Assembly (NCBI GenBank): GCA_964366925.1
Contig: CAYIVX010000003.1
Coordinates: 1 to 35,511, forward strand
From: Candidatus Woesearchaeota archaeon
GTDB lineage: Archaea > Nanobdellota > Nanobdellia > Pacearchaeales > GW2011-AR1
Length of the DNA stretch: 35,511 nucleotides
Direction: 5' to 3'
Shown here: positions 7,832 to 16,863 of the stretch, piece after piece
How positions within the stretch are numbered: the stretch's first letter is position 1
Layout of the letters: every line of letters begins with the position of its first letter
Translations under genes and position numbers: made by a program
Notes under the pieces: generated by a model
Told to the model about the DNA's origin: nothing
Databases searched by the model: none
Seen by the model: only the letters and a program-made list of their open reading frames with translations

Positions 7832-9456
7832 ACGATAGACAACCAGTATATATAACTCCAGAAAATGTGCAGAGAACTCTTGGACGGGATGCACAACGAA
7901 ATAATATTCTTGCTGCGAAGATAGTTGCAGAGACTGTTAAAACTACTCTAGGACCTAAGGGAATGGACAAGATGCTTGTTGATGCTACTGGAAATATTAT
8001 TATTACTAATGATGGTGTAACTATTCTTCAAGAAATGGAAATAGAACATCCTGCTGCAAAAATGCTTGTTGATATTGCAAAGACTCAAGAAAATGAAGTT
8101 GGAGATGGGACGACTACGGCGGTTATGCTTGCTGGAAAATTTCTTGAAAATGCAGAAAAACTTTTGGATATGAAAATCCATCCTACTGTAATAATTAAAG
8201 GATATAAACTGGCTGCAAAAGAAGCTGAAAGAATTATCAAAGAAGAAACTTCGGTTAATTCTGAAAATGTTAGCGATGTAGTATTACGGTATGTTGCAAT
8301 GACTGCAATGACTGGAAAGGGAGCAGAAAATGATAAAGAAAAACTTGCAGATATTGTTGTAAAAGCCGTAAGAAGAGTAATGGATGGTAAAATTATTAAT
8401 CTTGATGATATAAAAATAGAAAAAAGCAAGGGCGGGGCTATTGAAGATTCTAAATTAATTGAAGGGATTGTTTTGGACAAGGAAAGAGTTTCGATGGATA
8501 TGCCTACAAATATTAATGATGCGAGAATTGCACTTATTGATTTTTCTCTTGAATCTAGAAATCCCGAAGGTGATGCTAAAATTTCTATAAATTCTCCAGA
8601 ACAACTACAGGGTTTTATTGATAGAGAAGAAAGAGTAATTCGAGAGATGACTGAAAAAGTAGTTTCAAGTGGAGCTAATGTTTTACTTTGCCAAAAGGGA
8701 ATTGATGATGTTGCACAATATTTTTTAGCTAGAGCCGGAATTTATGCTTGCAGAAGAATAGCTAAAAGTGATATGGAAAGATTGGCTCGGGCAACAGGAG
8801 CTCATATTATCAGCAGTTTAAATGATTTAACTGCTCTTGAATTAGGAAAAGCAAAGATTGTAAAAGAAGTTATTAATGGTGAAAATGAAAAAATGACTTA
8901 TGTTGAGGGTTGTGATAATCCTAAAAGTGTTTCAATATTAATTAGGGGTGGAACGAGCCATGTTATTGATGAAATAGAACGGGCAATAAAAGATGGGCTC
9001 GGAGATATTGCTAGTGTTGTAAAAAGCGGGAGTATAGTTGCGGGTGCTGGTGCTATTGAAATCGAATTATCTAAGAAATTAAGAGAATTTGCTAATCGAC
9101 TTAATGGCAGAGAACGACTTGCTGTTGAAGAATTTGCAAGAGCTTTGGAATGCATTCCCTCTGCCTTGGCTGAAAATGCTGGACTAGATCCTATTGATAT
9201 AGTTACTGAACTTAAATCTCAACATGATAAGGTCGAGAAATATTCGGGAATAAATTTGCTAACTAATAAAATAGAGAATGTTTTAGAAGCAGGAATAATT
9301 GAGCCTGCTAAAAATAAACTTCAGGCAATAAGCTCTGCTTCAGAAGTTGCTAATATGATTTTAAGAATTGATGATGTTCTTGCTGCTAATACTAAACCTC
9401 GAAATTCTGGCGGATTGGGAAATCTTGGGGCTAAAGATTTTTCTGGTGAGATGTAA
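7828..9456 (+). CDS. ths: thermosome subunit (group II chaperonin, Cpn60/TCP-1 family)
   Basis: [36 protein letters not shown] and a C-terminal GG-rich tail. 542 aa. Confidence 0.93.
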   Translation: MNDRQPVYITPENVQRTLGRDAQRNNILAAKIVAETVKTTLGPKGMDKMLVDATGNIIITNDGVTILQEMEIEHPAAKMLVDIAKTQENEVGDGTTTAVMLAGKFLENAEKLLDMKIHPTVIIKGYKLAAKEAERIIKEETSVNSENVSDVVLRYVAMTAMTGKGAENDKEKLADIVVKAVRRVMDGKIINLDDIKIEKSKGGAIEDSKLIEGIVLDKERVSMDMPTNINDARIALIDFSLESRNPEGDAKISINSPEQLQGFIDREERVIREMTEKVVSSGANVLLCQKGIDDVAQYFLARAGIYACRRIAKSDMERLARATGAHIISSLNDLTALELGKAKIVKEVINGENEKMTYVEGCDNPKSVSILIRGGTSHVIDEIERAIKDGLGDIASVVKSGSIVAGAGAIEIELSKKLREFANRLNGRERLAVEEFARALECIPSALAENAGLDPIDIVTELKSQHDKVEKYSGINLLTNKIENVLEAGIIEPAKNKLQAISSASEVANMILRIDDVLAANTKPRNSGGLGNLGAKDFSGEM

Positions 9457-9471
9457 AATTTTAAGATTAAA

Positions 9472-10254
9472 ATGATTGGACGATATAATATAACCACAAT
9501 TTTTAAACTGGTGCGAGAAGGAAAAACATTATTTTTAGATACTGGAGTTTTATCAGGAGAGAAAGATATTCAATATAGGAGAACAATCGATAAAGCAAGA
9601 AAATTTAAAGATTTGGATAAAAGAATCTTAAAGTTAATGCTATATTCTCTGGATAGAATTCGGCAGGTTTGTGAAGATGATTCTTTAGAAGTTTATACTA
9701 TTCCCGAAGTAATTAGGGAAACTAGATTTTTTAGGGCAAAGATTAGAAGAAAATTTAAAAATCTTAAACTTCAACTTATAGCAGAGGCAACTTCATCCTA
9801 TACGCAGGGTAAAAAAGAATTATTTAGAAGTATAATAGAATATCAAAGTGATATTGTAAACATTCTTTCTGGGCATTATTTTGATTCTCAAATTAAAGTA
9901 CGGCCAATTTTTAGTCATCTTGAAAAACTAGTGATTAATGTTGGAGAAAAGATAGGTGTGAAAGAAAAGCATGAAGATCGACGCGGTGAAGATTATATGA
10001 ATACTGACGAAAAACTAGTGGCTTCTGCAATTTATCATTCAGTAATAAATGGAAAGAGTAGTAATATACTCGCACGAGATAGGGATATCGGAAAATTACT
10101 TCATGGAAGCGTATCTTCTATGATTCTTAGCGGAAGATATAGGGGATTAGTAAACTCTTTTTTAGAAAATCCCGTAACTGTTTATTATTGTGATGATGGC
10201 GATTTCCAAAAGGAATGCGATACTGCACATACCACAAAAAGTCTAATAAAATAA
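9472..10254 (+). CDS. PIN-domain-like protein (260 aa)
   Basis: Candidate acidic quartet in PIN order: LFLDTGVL, IPEVIRE, NTDEKLVASAI, ILARDRDI. There is a large insertion between strands. Assignment from motifs only. Confidence 0.4.
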   Translation: MIGRYNITTIFKLVREGKTLFLDTGVLSGEKDIQYRRTIDKARKFKDLDKRILKLMLYSLDRIRQVCEDDSLEVYTIPEVIRETRFFRAKIRRKFKNLKLQLIAEATSSYTQGKKELFRSIIEYQSDIVNILSGHYFDSQIKVRPIFSHLEKLVINVGEKIGVKEKHEDRRGEDYMNTDEKLVASAIYHSVINGKSSNILARDRDIGKLLHGSVSSMILSGRYRGLVNSFLENPVTVYYCDDGDFQKECDTAHTTKSLIK

Positions 10255-10311
10255 AGTTTATGATAGTTCTTGTTCTTTAGATTAATTAAGAATTGTACTG
10301 AGAATATATAA

Positions 10312-11022
10312 TTAATCCATAAGCCCCAACATTTTTCTTTCTTTATCAACCATTATTTCAAGTTGCTCTGTTGTTATTCCTGGTATGATTATTACTGGAA
10401 AGGCTTTTATCCATGCTGTTTCCTTGGGAAGAAGCCAGCCGGGTTCTTTATTTCGTGGTTTTAGTTTATTATAATCTACTCTCATAAATCCAAAAAAGGG
10501 TTCTTGTTTTTTGGCTTCGGCAAGTAACAATTTTGAAATTTCTTCATCCCTAAGCATTTTCATATAAGCCAGTTCGCTGGGAAACATATGTTTTCCTTGC
10601 TTTCCAAAATAAGGTGCAACTCTTGGACCAATTCTTCTATTGAATCTTACAATTTCTGCTCGAACTTTATCTGAAAAGGGACGAGCTATGCTTCTTGAAA
10701 TATCCTCTTCTATTTTTGAAGAAATAATAACACCGCGTGGATAAATTTCTAAATCTGCTACAGGTGTGGGTCGTCTTATTTCATAGGATTGCATATATTC
10801 CTTAGGGAAATCGCAGGGTTTTTTATGTGTTGATAAAATTAATCCGCCAGATGGATTTGCTGGAATTGGTAATGAAATAAAAAAATCATAGAATTTTTTT
10901 TTGTCAAGTACGGGGCTTTGATGTTCTATTTTTTCAATTGCTAAACGATAATAAAATTGATTAACTGTCGCTTCTGCTAACTTTTCAGCAGTTTCTTTAT
11001 CCATATATTGTGGATTTTTCAT
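10312..11022 (-). CDS. hypothetical protein (236 aa)
   Basis: Long ATG ORF. No family recognised. Confidence 0.5.
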   Translation of the reverse strand: MKNPQYMDKETAEKLAEATVNQFYYRLAIEKIEHQSPVLDKKKFYDFFISLPIPANPSGGLILSTHKKPCDFPKEYMQSYEIRRPTPVADLEIYPRGVIISSKIEEDISRSIARPFSDKVRAEIVRFNRRIGPRVAPYFGKQGKHMFPSELAYMKMLRDEEISKLLLAEAKKQEPFFGFMRVDYNKLKPRNKEPGWLLPKETAWIKAFPVIIIPGITTEQLEIMVDKERKMLGLMD

Positions 11023-11123
11023 AAATAATCTTGGGAAAAATACCTTTTAAGCATTATTATAGTCCCATAAATGATTGCTAAACGCCCATAAGAGATAGCT
11101 TTAAAAGGCATATTTGAGTAATA

Positions 11124-11405
11124 ATGGAAATGGTAAATCAATCAAATATAGGCAGTAATTCTAGTATACCTAGTTGCAGCACCTATGCTCCTCCTCTTGC
11201 TAGGTCGTTTTATTGGATAATTGATAGTTGTCATAGTCTTGTAAGTTATGTAGCCCCTATATCTGAACAAGAACACAGGGAAGATTTAGATAGGTTGGCA
11301 CGAAAAGTTAAAGCACAAGAAGATAGACCAAAATCTCCTAATTTCTTAGATACTATTTTAGATGCAGTTTTAGATAAAGCTGAACAGGCTGCAAGAAGAA
11401 ATTAA
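11124..11405 (+). CDS. hypothetical small protein (93 aa)
   Basis: ATG ORF. Visibly less AT-rich and less Lys/Ile-rich than the neighbours. Confidence 0.35.
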   Translation: MEMVNQSNIGSNSSIPSCSTYAPPLARSFYWIIDSCHSLVSYVAPISEQEHREDLDRLARKVKAQEDRPKSPNFLDTILDAVLDKAEQAARRN

Positions 11406-11416
11406 ATTTTTTAGAA

Positions 11417-11779
11417 TTATAGTGTAACTATTCCTTCTTTTGTTAAAGCAGTAAATCTTACACCAACTGGAACGTTCAGGAGGGCTGAAATTAGGGCCAT
11501 ATGTTCTTTTCCATCGCCACTAGCAATGCTTAATGCAACTTCTGTGCCTTTTATTTTACCTTGAAGTTTTTCTTGTAGTTCTTGTTTTAAATCTACTAAA
11601 CGGCTAGATTTCATTTCAATAAAAATACAATCTTTTTCTTTTCCGCTTGGAATTTGAAATTTTTCAGCAAATTCATTTCCTATAAGAATTATACTTTCCC
11701 ATTCGCCATTTTTTATTATTCCTGAAACCTGTGGCCAAGTGCCTTCATCTTTGGATAATAATGCTACTAGTTCTGCCAT
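11417..11779 (-). CDS. hypothetical small alpha/beta protein (120 aa)
   Basis: ATG ORF. SIASGDGKEHMALISALL faintly resembles the (T/S)GG-x-K strand-helix motif of Rossmann-like ligand-binding domains. Not assignable by eye. Confidence 0.45.
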   Translation of the reverse strand: MAELVALLSKDEGTWPQVSGIIKNGEWESIILIGNEFAEKFQIPSGKEKDCIFIEMKSSRLVDLKQELQEKLQGKIKGTEVALSIASGDGKEHMALISALLNVPVGVRFTALTKEGIVTL

Positions 11780-11853
11780 AATAAGAGAAGCTAATTTTGG
11801 TTTTTAAGGATTTGTGTAAAGCTTTATATAGCTTTATTCTATAAAAATCAGTC

Positions 11854-12297
11854 ATGAGAAATTTAGTTTTAAATCCGAGACAAGCATTATATACAGAAGA
11901 TTTAACAGATTCAGAAACCATAGCCGGAGCATTGGAAATATCTACAGAACTTAGAAATGGCGGAACAATAAGAACTCCTGTTTATGTAATAAAATTTCCT
12001 GAATTTAGAAACTTGTTCGCCATATTTAACGGTAATAGAAGAACAAGAGCATGTGAAATGAATGGACTTTCTGTAACTGCTCTCGAAATTCAAAGCCCGC
12101 AAGATTTTCAATTAGCACAAGCAGATCAGCCTGCAAATTGGCATAAGTTAGAGGAAGAAGATTTTTTGAAATTTAATGGTGATTATTTTTATAAGGATAT
12201 GGCTTCATTGAAGCGTGAAGGATTATTAGTCCCGGCTTATCATAGAGCTAAGAAAAGAATAAAAGATGCTGTGAAAAGATTTTATCATTGGTTATAA
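11854..12297 (+). CDS. hypothetical protein, weak ParB/Srx-like N-terminal domain
   Basis: PVYVIKF...LFAIFNGNRRTRACEMNGLSVTALEI resembles the ParB-like core (y.iidG.HR..A....g...i.a.v). Weak. Confidence 0.35.
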   Translation: MRNLVLNPRQALYTEDLTDSETIAGALEISTELRNGGTIRTPVYVIKFPEFRNLFAIFNGNRRTRACEMNGLSVTALEIQSPQDFQLAQADQPANWHKLEEEDFLKFNGDYFYKDMASLKREGLLVPAYHRAKKRIKDAVKRFYHWL

Positions 12298-13104
12298 TAT
12301 TCTTTTCATAATATTTTTTCTATATCTAAAAGGGGCATTATATTTTTCAGCTAATTCATTATATTCTTTTTTTATTTCTTCTGAAGAAATTAATTTATCG
12401 CCCTTAAGAAAATTAAAGATTTGAGGATTATTAATTGCAGGTCTTCCAATCATTACTCCTTTTACCCCAAAGGATTTTAAGAGTTCTACTTTTCCTTTAG
12501 AATCAATATCTCCATTTGCAATTATTATTTTTCCAAGTTTACAGCATTCTTCAAATATACTATAATCTGGTTTTTTATCATAACCTTCTCGTCCATGTCT
12601 TGCATGAATTATAAAAAAATCTGCATCAACTTCTTTTATTAAACTAATATATACCTTTTTTTGTTTTTCATAAATATTTTTTCCAAGTCGCATTTTAATG
12701 CTGCAAGAATATCCTTTTCCCTTAATCATATTTACTAAATTTTTTACAATAGTAATTTTTTTTATCATGGCACAGCCATATCCAAGACTAACACTTTGAG
12801 GATCAGGACAGCCCAAATTAAGATTAAATCCCTTAAACCCTTCAAAAGGTTTAAACATATCCAGAAATTTTTCTAAATCTTTTTCAGAAGAACCTAATAA
12901 TTGAATAACTACGGGGGTATTATCTTTTTTCTCGATTCTAGACCAAATATTTTCAACATTATTTGCCAATGCTTCAATTCTTAAAAGTTCGGTAAAAGTT
13001 AAGTCAGCTCCGTGTCTGTAGCATAATGTTCTGAAAGCCGCATCAGTAAAATCTTCTAGCGGAGCAAGCATATATTGGAATTTTATCATAAAAATAGAGG
13101 GCAT
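12292..13104 (-). CDS. dus: tRNA-dihydrouridine synthase (Dus family, FMN TIM barrel)
   Basis: LAPLEDFTDAAFRTLC, VIQLLG, NLNLGCP, SIKMRLG, IIHARHG, IANGDI and VMIGRPAINNPQIF match the Dus motifs in order. Confidence 0.85.
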   Translation of the reverse strand: MPSIFMIKFQYMLAPLEDFTDAAFRTLCYRHGADLTFTELLRIEALANNVENIWSRIEKKDNTPVVIQLLGSSEKDLEKFLDMFKPFEGFKGFNLNLGCPDPQSVSLGYGCAMIKKITIVKNLVNMIKGKGYSCSIKMRLGKNIYEKQKKVYISLIKEVDADFFIIHARHGREGYDKKPDYSIFEECCKLGKIIIANGDIDSKGKVELLKSFGVKGVMIGRPAINNPQIFNFLKGDKLISSEEIKKEYNELAEKYNAPFRYRKNIMKRIL

Positions 13105-13185
13105 TTTTAATTTAAATAGGTTGTTAAAAATATTTTAGAAAATGGGTGCTGAGGGTGAAGGTTAGTTTTTTGCAGAAGCACATAG

Positions 13186-13569
13186 TTATTCTTCATCTAT
13201 TCTAATCTCTTCAAAAGTGTAAAGCCTTCTTTTTCCAGCTATTGGCCTGTCAGAAAGTCTTACTGAAATTTTTTCAATCTTTCTTTGCCAGTAGGAATAT
13301 GCAGTATTAGTACCATTTTGAACAATATAAATATCTTCTCTTTTTTCAACTTCAAGAGGTAAACCCAAATCTGAAAATGCTAACTCGTCTATTACTCTTT
13401 GCTCAACATCTCTTCTCAAATCAAATCTAGGGTCTCTCCATTCAGGACCCCATTTTGATTGCAGATGTTCAATCCATTGCTTTGCTTCAACAGTAGGCCT
13501 TTTAACATAGTTCTGTAAAAATCTAAGTGAATCTAGATTTATACATATTGGTTCTTGTTGTTTATCCAT
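13186..13569 (-). CDS. hypothetical protein (127 aa)
   Basis: ATG ORF. DIYIVQNGTNTAYSYWQRKIEKISVRL loosely parallels the core of ORF 11854-12297. Confidence 0.4.
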   Translation of the reverse strand: MDKQQEPICINLDSLRFLQNYVKRPTVEAKQWIEHLQSKWGPEWRDPRFDLRRDVEQRVIDELAFSDLGLPLEVEKREDIYIVQNGTNTAYSYWQRKIEKISVRLSDRPIAGKRRLYTFEEIRIDEE

Positions 13570-13647
13570 TTTCTTATTCCTAGAATTCTAAAGCGATTCT
13601 TAACTAACACATCAATATAAGAAATCGGACCTGTCCGATTCCCTGAA

Positions 13648-13718
13648 TGGGTGCTGGAGGAATCGGACCTCCGTCATCTCGGTGTAAACGAGAGGGTCTA
13701 CCATTAGCCTAAGCACCC
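13648..13718 (-). tRNA. tRNA-Val (anticodon TAC)
   Basis: Minus-strand cloverleaf: GGGTGCT/TA/GGCT-AATGGTA-GACC/C/TCTCG-TTTACAC-CGAGA/TGAC/GGAGG-TCCGATT-CCTCC/AGCACCC/A. TATA-like TTTTATAAA lies about 26 nt upstream. Oddities: C12-A23 mismatch and C at T-loop position 55. Confidence 0.7.
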
Positions 13719-13803
13719 GGTATAAAAAAACTAAAGAATGATGTTTTATAAAAGTATCTAAGCGAGAAGTTAACTTTTTAAATGATATCCACAGATAGTT
13801 TAG

Positions 13804-14226
13804 ATGGCAGTTAAAAGTATAAACGAATTATTGAATATTTCTAAATTAAATTCGGTTAAACAAGGGAAACTTATAGAGATAGCTAGGGGAACAGAAGAAA
13901 TAGAAAAGGAACTTAATGGAAGAATTAATCAAGTTACAGGACATATTTTCTATTTAGAAGATAGGGGTGGGAATCACTATCACAAAGAAAAAATAGAAGT
14001 TATGACTATTTTGGAAGGAGAAATTCTTGTTTGTTTAATGGATATAGATTCAAAGATAAAAATGACTCAAATGGTTTCAGCAGGCCATAGATTTACACTT
14101 CCATTGGGTTTTGCACATGCGTTATATAATCCTAAACCAGAAAAAGTCTATATGCTCGAATTTTCAAATCTAAGATTCAATCCAGAAAATCCAATGAATG
14201 ATGTGTATAAATATTCAGTGTTATAA
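13804..14226 (+). CDS. cupin-fold protein, WxcM/FdtA-like
   Basis: DRGGNHYHKEKIEVMTILEGEILV ... GFAHALYN resembles the RG-x-H-x-H cupin motif of WxcM-like sugar isomerase domains. Confidence 0.5.
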   Translation: MAVKSINELLNISKLNSVKQGKLIEIARGTEEIEKELNGRINQVTGHIFYLEDRGGNHYHKEKIEVMTILEGEILVCLMDIDSKIKMTQMVSAGHRFTLPLGFAHALYNPKPEKVYMLEFSNLRFNPENPMNDVYKYSVL

Positions 14227-14248
14227 TCCTCATTCTAACTCCAACAAC

Positions 14249-14256
14249 TTTAAATA
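14249..14256 (+). promoter_or_regulatory. TATA box (TTTAAATA) about 27 nt upstream of the tRNA-Gly 5' half
   Basis: Exact archaeal TATA consensus. Spacing to 14283 fits a transcription start at or just before tRNA position 1. Confidence 0.5.
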
Positions 14257-14282
14257 ATCTCAATTTCTCCTTAAAATATACT

Positions 14283-14319
14283 GCGCTGCTAGTATATCGG
14301 TTAGTACGTCTCGTTGCCA
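14283..14319 (+). tRNA. 5' half (positions 1-37) of a second tRNA-Gly(GCC); split or disrupted gene
   Basis: GCGCTGC/TA/GTAT-ATCGGTTA-GTAC/G/TCTCG/TTGCCA. The acceptor 5' strand, D-arm with GG, anticodon-stem 5' strand and U33-GCC-A37 are all present. No matching 3' strand within the next 3 kb. Confidence 0.6.
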
Positions 14320-14396
14320 AAGCGTCCCCCCACATGATGGACGCGTGGTTAACAGGATGGTCTAATCAATAAACTAGAAAAGCGCAATCATAATAT

Positions 14397-14467
14397 GCGA
14401 AGTTAGTTTATCGGTAGAACTTCTGGTTGCCAATCAGAAAAGCCGGGTTCAATTCCCGGACTTCGCA
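14397..14467 (+). tRNA. tRNA-Gly (anticodon GCC), intact
   Basis: GCGAAGT/TA/GTTT-ATCGGTA-GAAC/T/TCTGG-TTGCCAA-TCAGA/AAAG/CCGGG-TTCAATT-CCCGG/ACTTCGC/A. Followed by a T-run. Confidence 0.9.
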
Positions 14468-14480
14468 TTTTTTATTTTTT
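14468..14480 (+). terminator. oligo-T tract directly after tRNA-Gly
   Basis: TTTTTTATTTTTT. Archaeal RNA polymerase terminates at oligo-T. Confidence 0.4.
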
Positions 14481-15191
14481 AGCAGACTTCCATAAAGATT
14501 CAAAATATTTTCTATAACTTTCTGCAACAGATTTACTTTCTATTAAAATAACAGATATCTTCTCATCGAATATTTGTATTGAAACTATATTCCCAAAAAT
14601 CATAGTAGATGAGGGGGTTATTTCTCCGATATACCTTACATCAAAATTTTTTAATTTTGTGAATAATTTTTCTCTTAATTTTTCTGCAGTGATTATTTTT
14701 CCTTTTATATGTTTAATACCTGTTTCTTTAGCAATACGAGGCATCTCGTACTTTAGGACTTCGTAACTTTTTCCCGTTCCCCCATAAACGCAAATATCTT
14801 TTTCTTTATTATCGAAAAGCATTCTTATCAGAGTTCTTAGCCCTTCTTTTCCTTCTAGTACTCTAACGACAGAAGGTTCTTTTTTTACCTGTTCTAATTC
14901 AAGTAATCCTGGAAGAATATCCTTAATTATAGTTTCTTTCTTTTGCACTTGATTCAAGAGATTTTTTGGAGAGGTAGATCTAAATAACTTTTTATTATTT
15001 TCCAAGATGTGAGTAGCTAACCCTTTATTGATTAGATTGTTTAATAGATTATAAGTATGGGTTCGGTCCATATTAAGCAATTTAGCAAGTTCTCCTCCAC
15101 TAATTGGACTATTTTTTAGAAGGGCAATATAAACTTCTGATTCTTTATTACTTAATCCTATCTCGCTTAATTTTTCTTTCAATTGTTCCAT
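14472..15191 (-). CDS. TrmB-family transcriptional regulator
   Basis: The N-terminus LSEIGLSNKESEVYIALLKNSPISGGELAKLLNMDRTHTYNLLNNLINKGLA is a typical TrmB wHTH. 239 aa with a C-terminal effector-like domain. Confidence 0.75.
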   Translation of the reverse strand: MEQLKEKLSEIGLSNKESEVYIALLKNSPISGGELAKLLNMDRTHTYNLLNNLINKGLATHILENNKKLFRSTSPKNLLNQVQKKETIIKDILPGLLELEQVKKEPSVVRVLEGKEGLRTLIRMLFDNKEKDICVYGGTGKSYEVLKYEMPRIAKETGIKHIKGKIITAEKLREKLFTKLKNFDVRYIGEITPSSTMIFGNIVSIQIFDEKISVILIESKSVAESYRKYFESLWKSAKK

Positions 15192-15301
15192 AAATTTACT
15201 AATGAAATGTCCTTTATAAAGTTGTTGTTTTTAGTTACAACAAATGTTTAAAAGAGCTCTAGGACTATCGAATAGTAATTAAAAACAATGGAAATAATAA
15301 A

Positions 15302-15583
15302 ATGAAATATAAACAACTCTTTAGAAGAATGTCAGTAATAGACTTAGGAGTAATACTAACAAAAGACCAAGAAGCTTCAGAAAAAGCATTTAGGTATTAT
15401 GGTCTTGTTCAGCGATTATGCCCTCCTGAGAAAATCTGCGATATAAATTTTAGGGAAAGAACAGAAGTTCCAGCATACCTAATTGGAATAGCTAGAGAAG
15501 CTTATGATGCTTATAATGTCGCTCTTAAAAGAGAAAAGAAAAGACAGGAGACTGATTTTGATGATCCTAGGTGGAATAAATAA
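15302..15583 (+). CDS. hypothetical small protein (93 aa)
   Basis: First of three tightly packed same-strand ORFs. No family recognised. Confidence 0.4.
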   Translation: MKYKQLFRRMSVIDLGVILTKDQEASEKAFRYYGLVQRLCPPEKICDINFRERTEVPAYLIGIAREAYDAYNVALKREKKRQETDFDDPRWNK

Positions 15584-15584
15584 A

Positions 15585-15977
15585 ATGAAAACAAAACAAT
15601 TAACACAACAGAAAATTATTGGAAAAGAGATAACTTTAACCATAAGACCCACAGCCATTAATCCAAATAACTATGACATTTATATTCAAACCAGAATTCA
15701 AAAATATTGGCTACTCCAGTGCTGCAGTTCTACAACAAGAAGTCAGTATACAGAGGGTGCAACATTAGAAGAAGCAAGAATACTCTATGAGTCATTACAA
15801 ACCGAAGACGATTTGTATCGAATTATGGGACAACCTACTGATTACGAATCAGAGCTAGGAGATAGATTAGTCAAGGCAGGCGATAAAGATGGATTAGATA
15901 GATTAGCCTTAGAAGTTGAAAAATGTCAAGCTCCTTTTAAAGAAATAGGTAAAAAATTCTTTAGTGGATTTGATTGA
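15585..15977 (+). CDS. hypothetical protein (130 aa from the ATG at 15585)
   Basis: The ATG lies 1 nt after the stop of the previous ORF. The longer track ORF (15504) would overlap the upstream gene. Confidence 0.4.
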   Translation: MKTKQLTQQKIIGKEITLTIRPTAINPNNYDIYIQTRIQKYWLLQCCSSTTRSQYTEGATLEEARILYESLQTEDDLYRIMGQPTDYESELGDRLVKAGDKDGLDRLALEVEKCQAPFKEIGKKFFSGFD

Positions 15978-15988
15978 AGATTAACAAA

Positions 15989-16714
15989 ATGACAACACAA
16001 AATGTAAAAGAGCTAGTAGAAGGTAATAAACCTTCAGTTATAAAAATTGTAGATGAGTCAGTAAAAAATGAAATTGTCATATTCAAGGGTTGCTATGGTG
16101 AGGCAGAGAATTGCCTATTCTGTAATGGATGTAGAGTTGCCTATGCGGAGGAAGTTGCTAAAGCGAGAATAGAACAAGGAGAGGGTGCAGACATATCCAC
16201 ATCTCACGGATGGACACGAGAGGGACTTATTTATCTTCCAAGAGAACACGATGTTTTTTTGACAAAGAATCCTCCGAGATTGGGAAAAAGTTGGCAATGT
16301 GATGAACAGTCCGTTATGCGATATCAATTAGAAGGGTCATTAGTGAGTGCGGTAAAAGTTAGGAATACTTCCATTCCTACAAACCGATTTGGGGAAGAAG
16401 AATTAACTCGTTATCTATTTGGAAAGAATGCCCAAGAATATGGAAATTTTATAAAAGAAGCCGGAATAGGGCAGATGCATATAGACTTGATGAGACATTA
16501 TTTAAGACCCGAAAAACCTTTTGCAACCTTATTAGAATTTGGAGCAGTTTTAGATCCTAATGCCGTACCCTTATTTCAGAATCATTCCTCATGGATTTTT
16601 GGAGAAAGTAAACCGGATTATTTTTTGGAAGGCAAGACATTTGGTGTCCCATTACCAAATAGAAACTTAATTGCCCATCTTAACCAGAATTATTTAGGCT
16701 TTATAGAAGAATAA
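15989..16714 (+). CDS. hypothetical protein (about 241 aa; Cys cluster CYGEAENCLFCNGC)
   Basis: First ATG in the ORF 15974-16714. Visibly less AT-rich than housekeeping neighbours. No family recognised. Confidence 0.45.
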   Translation: MTTQNVKELVEGNKPSVIKIVDESVKNEIVIFKGCYGEAENCLFCNGCRVAYAEEVAKARIEQGEGADISTSHGWTREGLIYLPREHDVFLTKNPPRLGKSWQCDEQSVMRYQLEGSLVSAVKVRNTSIPTNRFGEEELTRYLFGKNAQEYGNFIKEAGIGQMHIDLMRHYLRPEKPFATLLEFGAVLDPNAVPLFQNHSSWIFGESKPDYFLEGKTFGVPLPNRNLIAHLNQNYLGFIEE

Positions 16715-16788
16715 TAATAACTCCCTTACTAGAATTGTATGTCTGGAGTGCTTTTGCAAAAAAGTAACTTAGGGGAGTACTCATTTAC

Positions 16789-16824
16789 ACTTACATGACT
16801 GAGGTTCGACTCCTAGTAAGTTGA
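16789..16824 (+). other. tRNA 3'-half-like fragment (T-arm plus acceptor 3' strand) with no recognisable complete cloverleaf
   Basis: TGAGG-TTCGACT-CCTAG (one G-A mismatch) followed by TAAGTTG-A. Upstream TAACTTA (16765-16771) could pair with the acceptor strand, but only 28 nt lie between and no D or anticodon arm folds. Confidence 0.35.
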
Positions 16825-16863
16825 TATCTTTTCTACTATGATTATGTTTATAAATTAAAATTA

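Noticed and set aside
7948-9155. Three minus-strand ORFs (7948-8181, 8085-8480, 8898-9155)
   Set aside because: All are antisense shadows inside the strongly supported thermosome gene. Their products are Ser/Ile/Phe-rich nonsense-like sequences.
14334-14340. ATGATGG resembling a C box (RUGAUGA) in the trailer of the tRNA-Gly 5' half
   Set aside because: The match is imperfect, and there is no matching D box (CUGA) or terminal stem at C/D sRNA spacing.
15504-15584. N-terminal extension of the 157-aa track ORF
   Set aside because: It would overlap the 3' 80 nt of ORF 15302-15583. An in-frame ATG at 15585, 1 nt after that gene's stop, gives normal operon packing.
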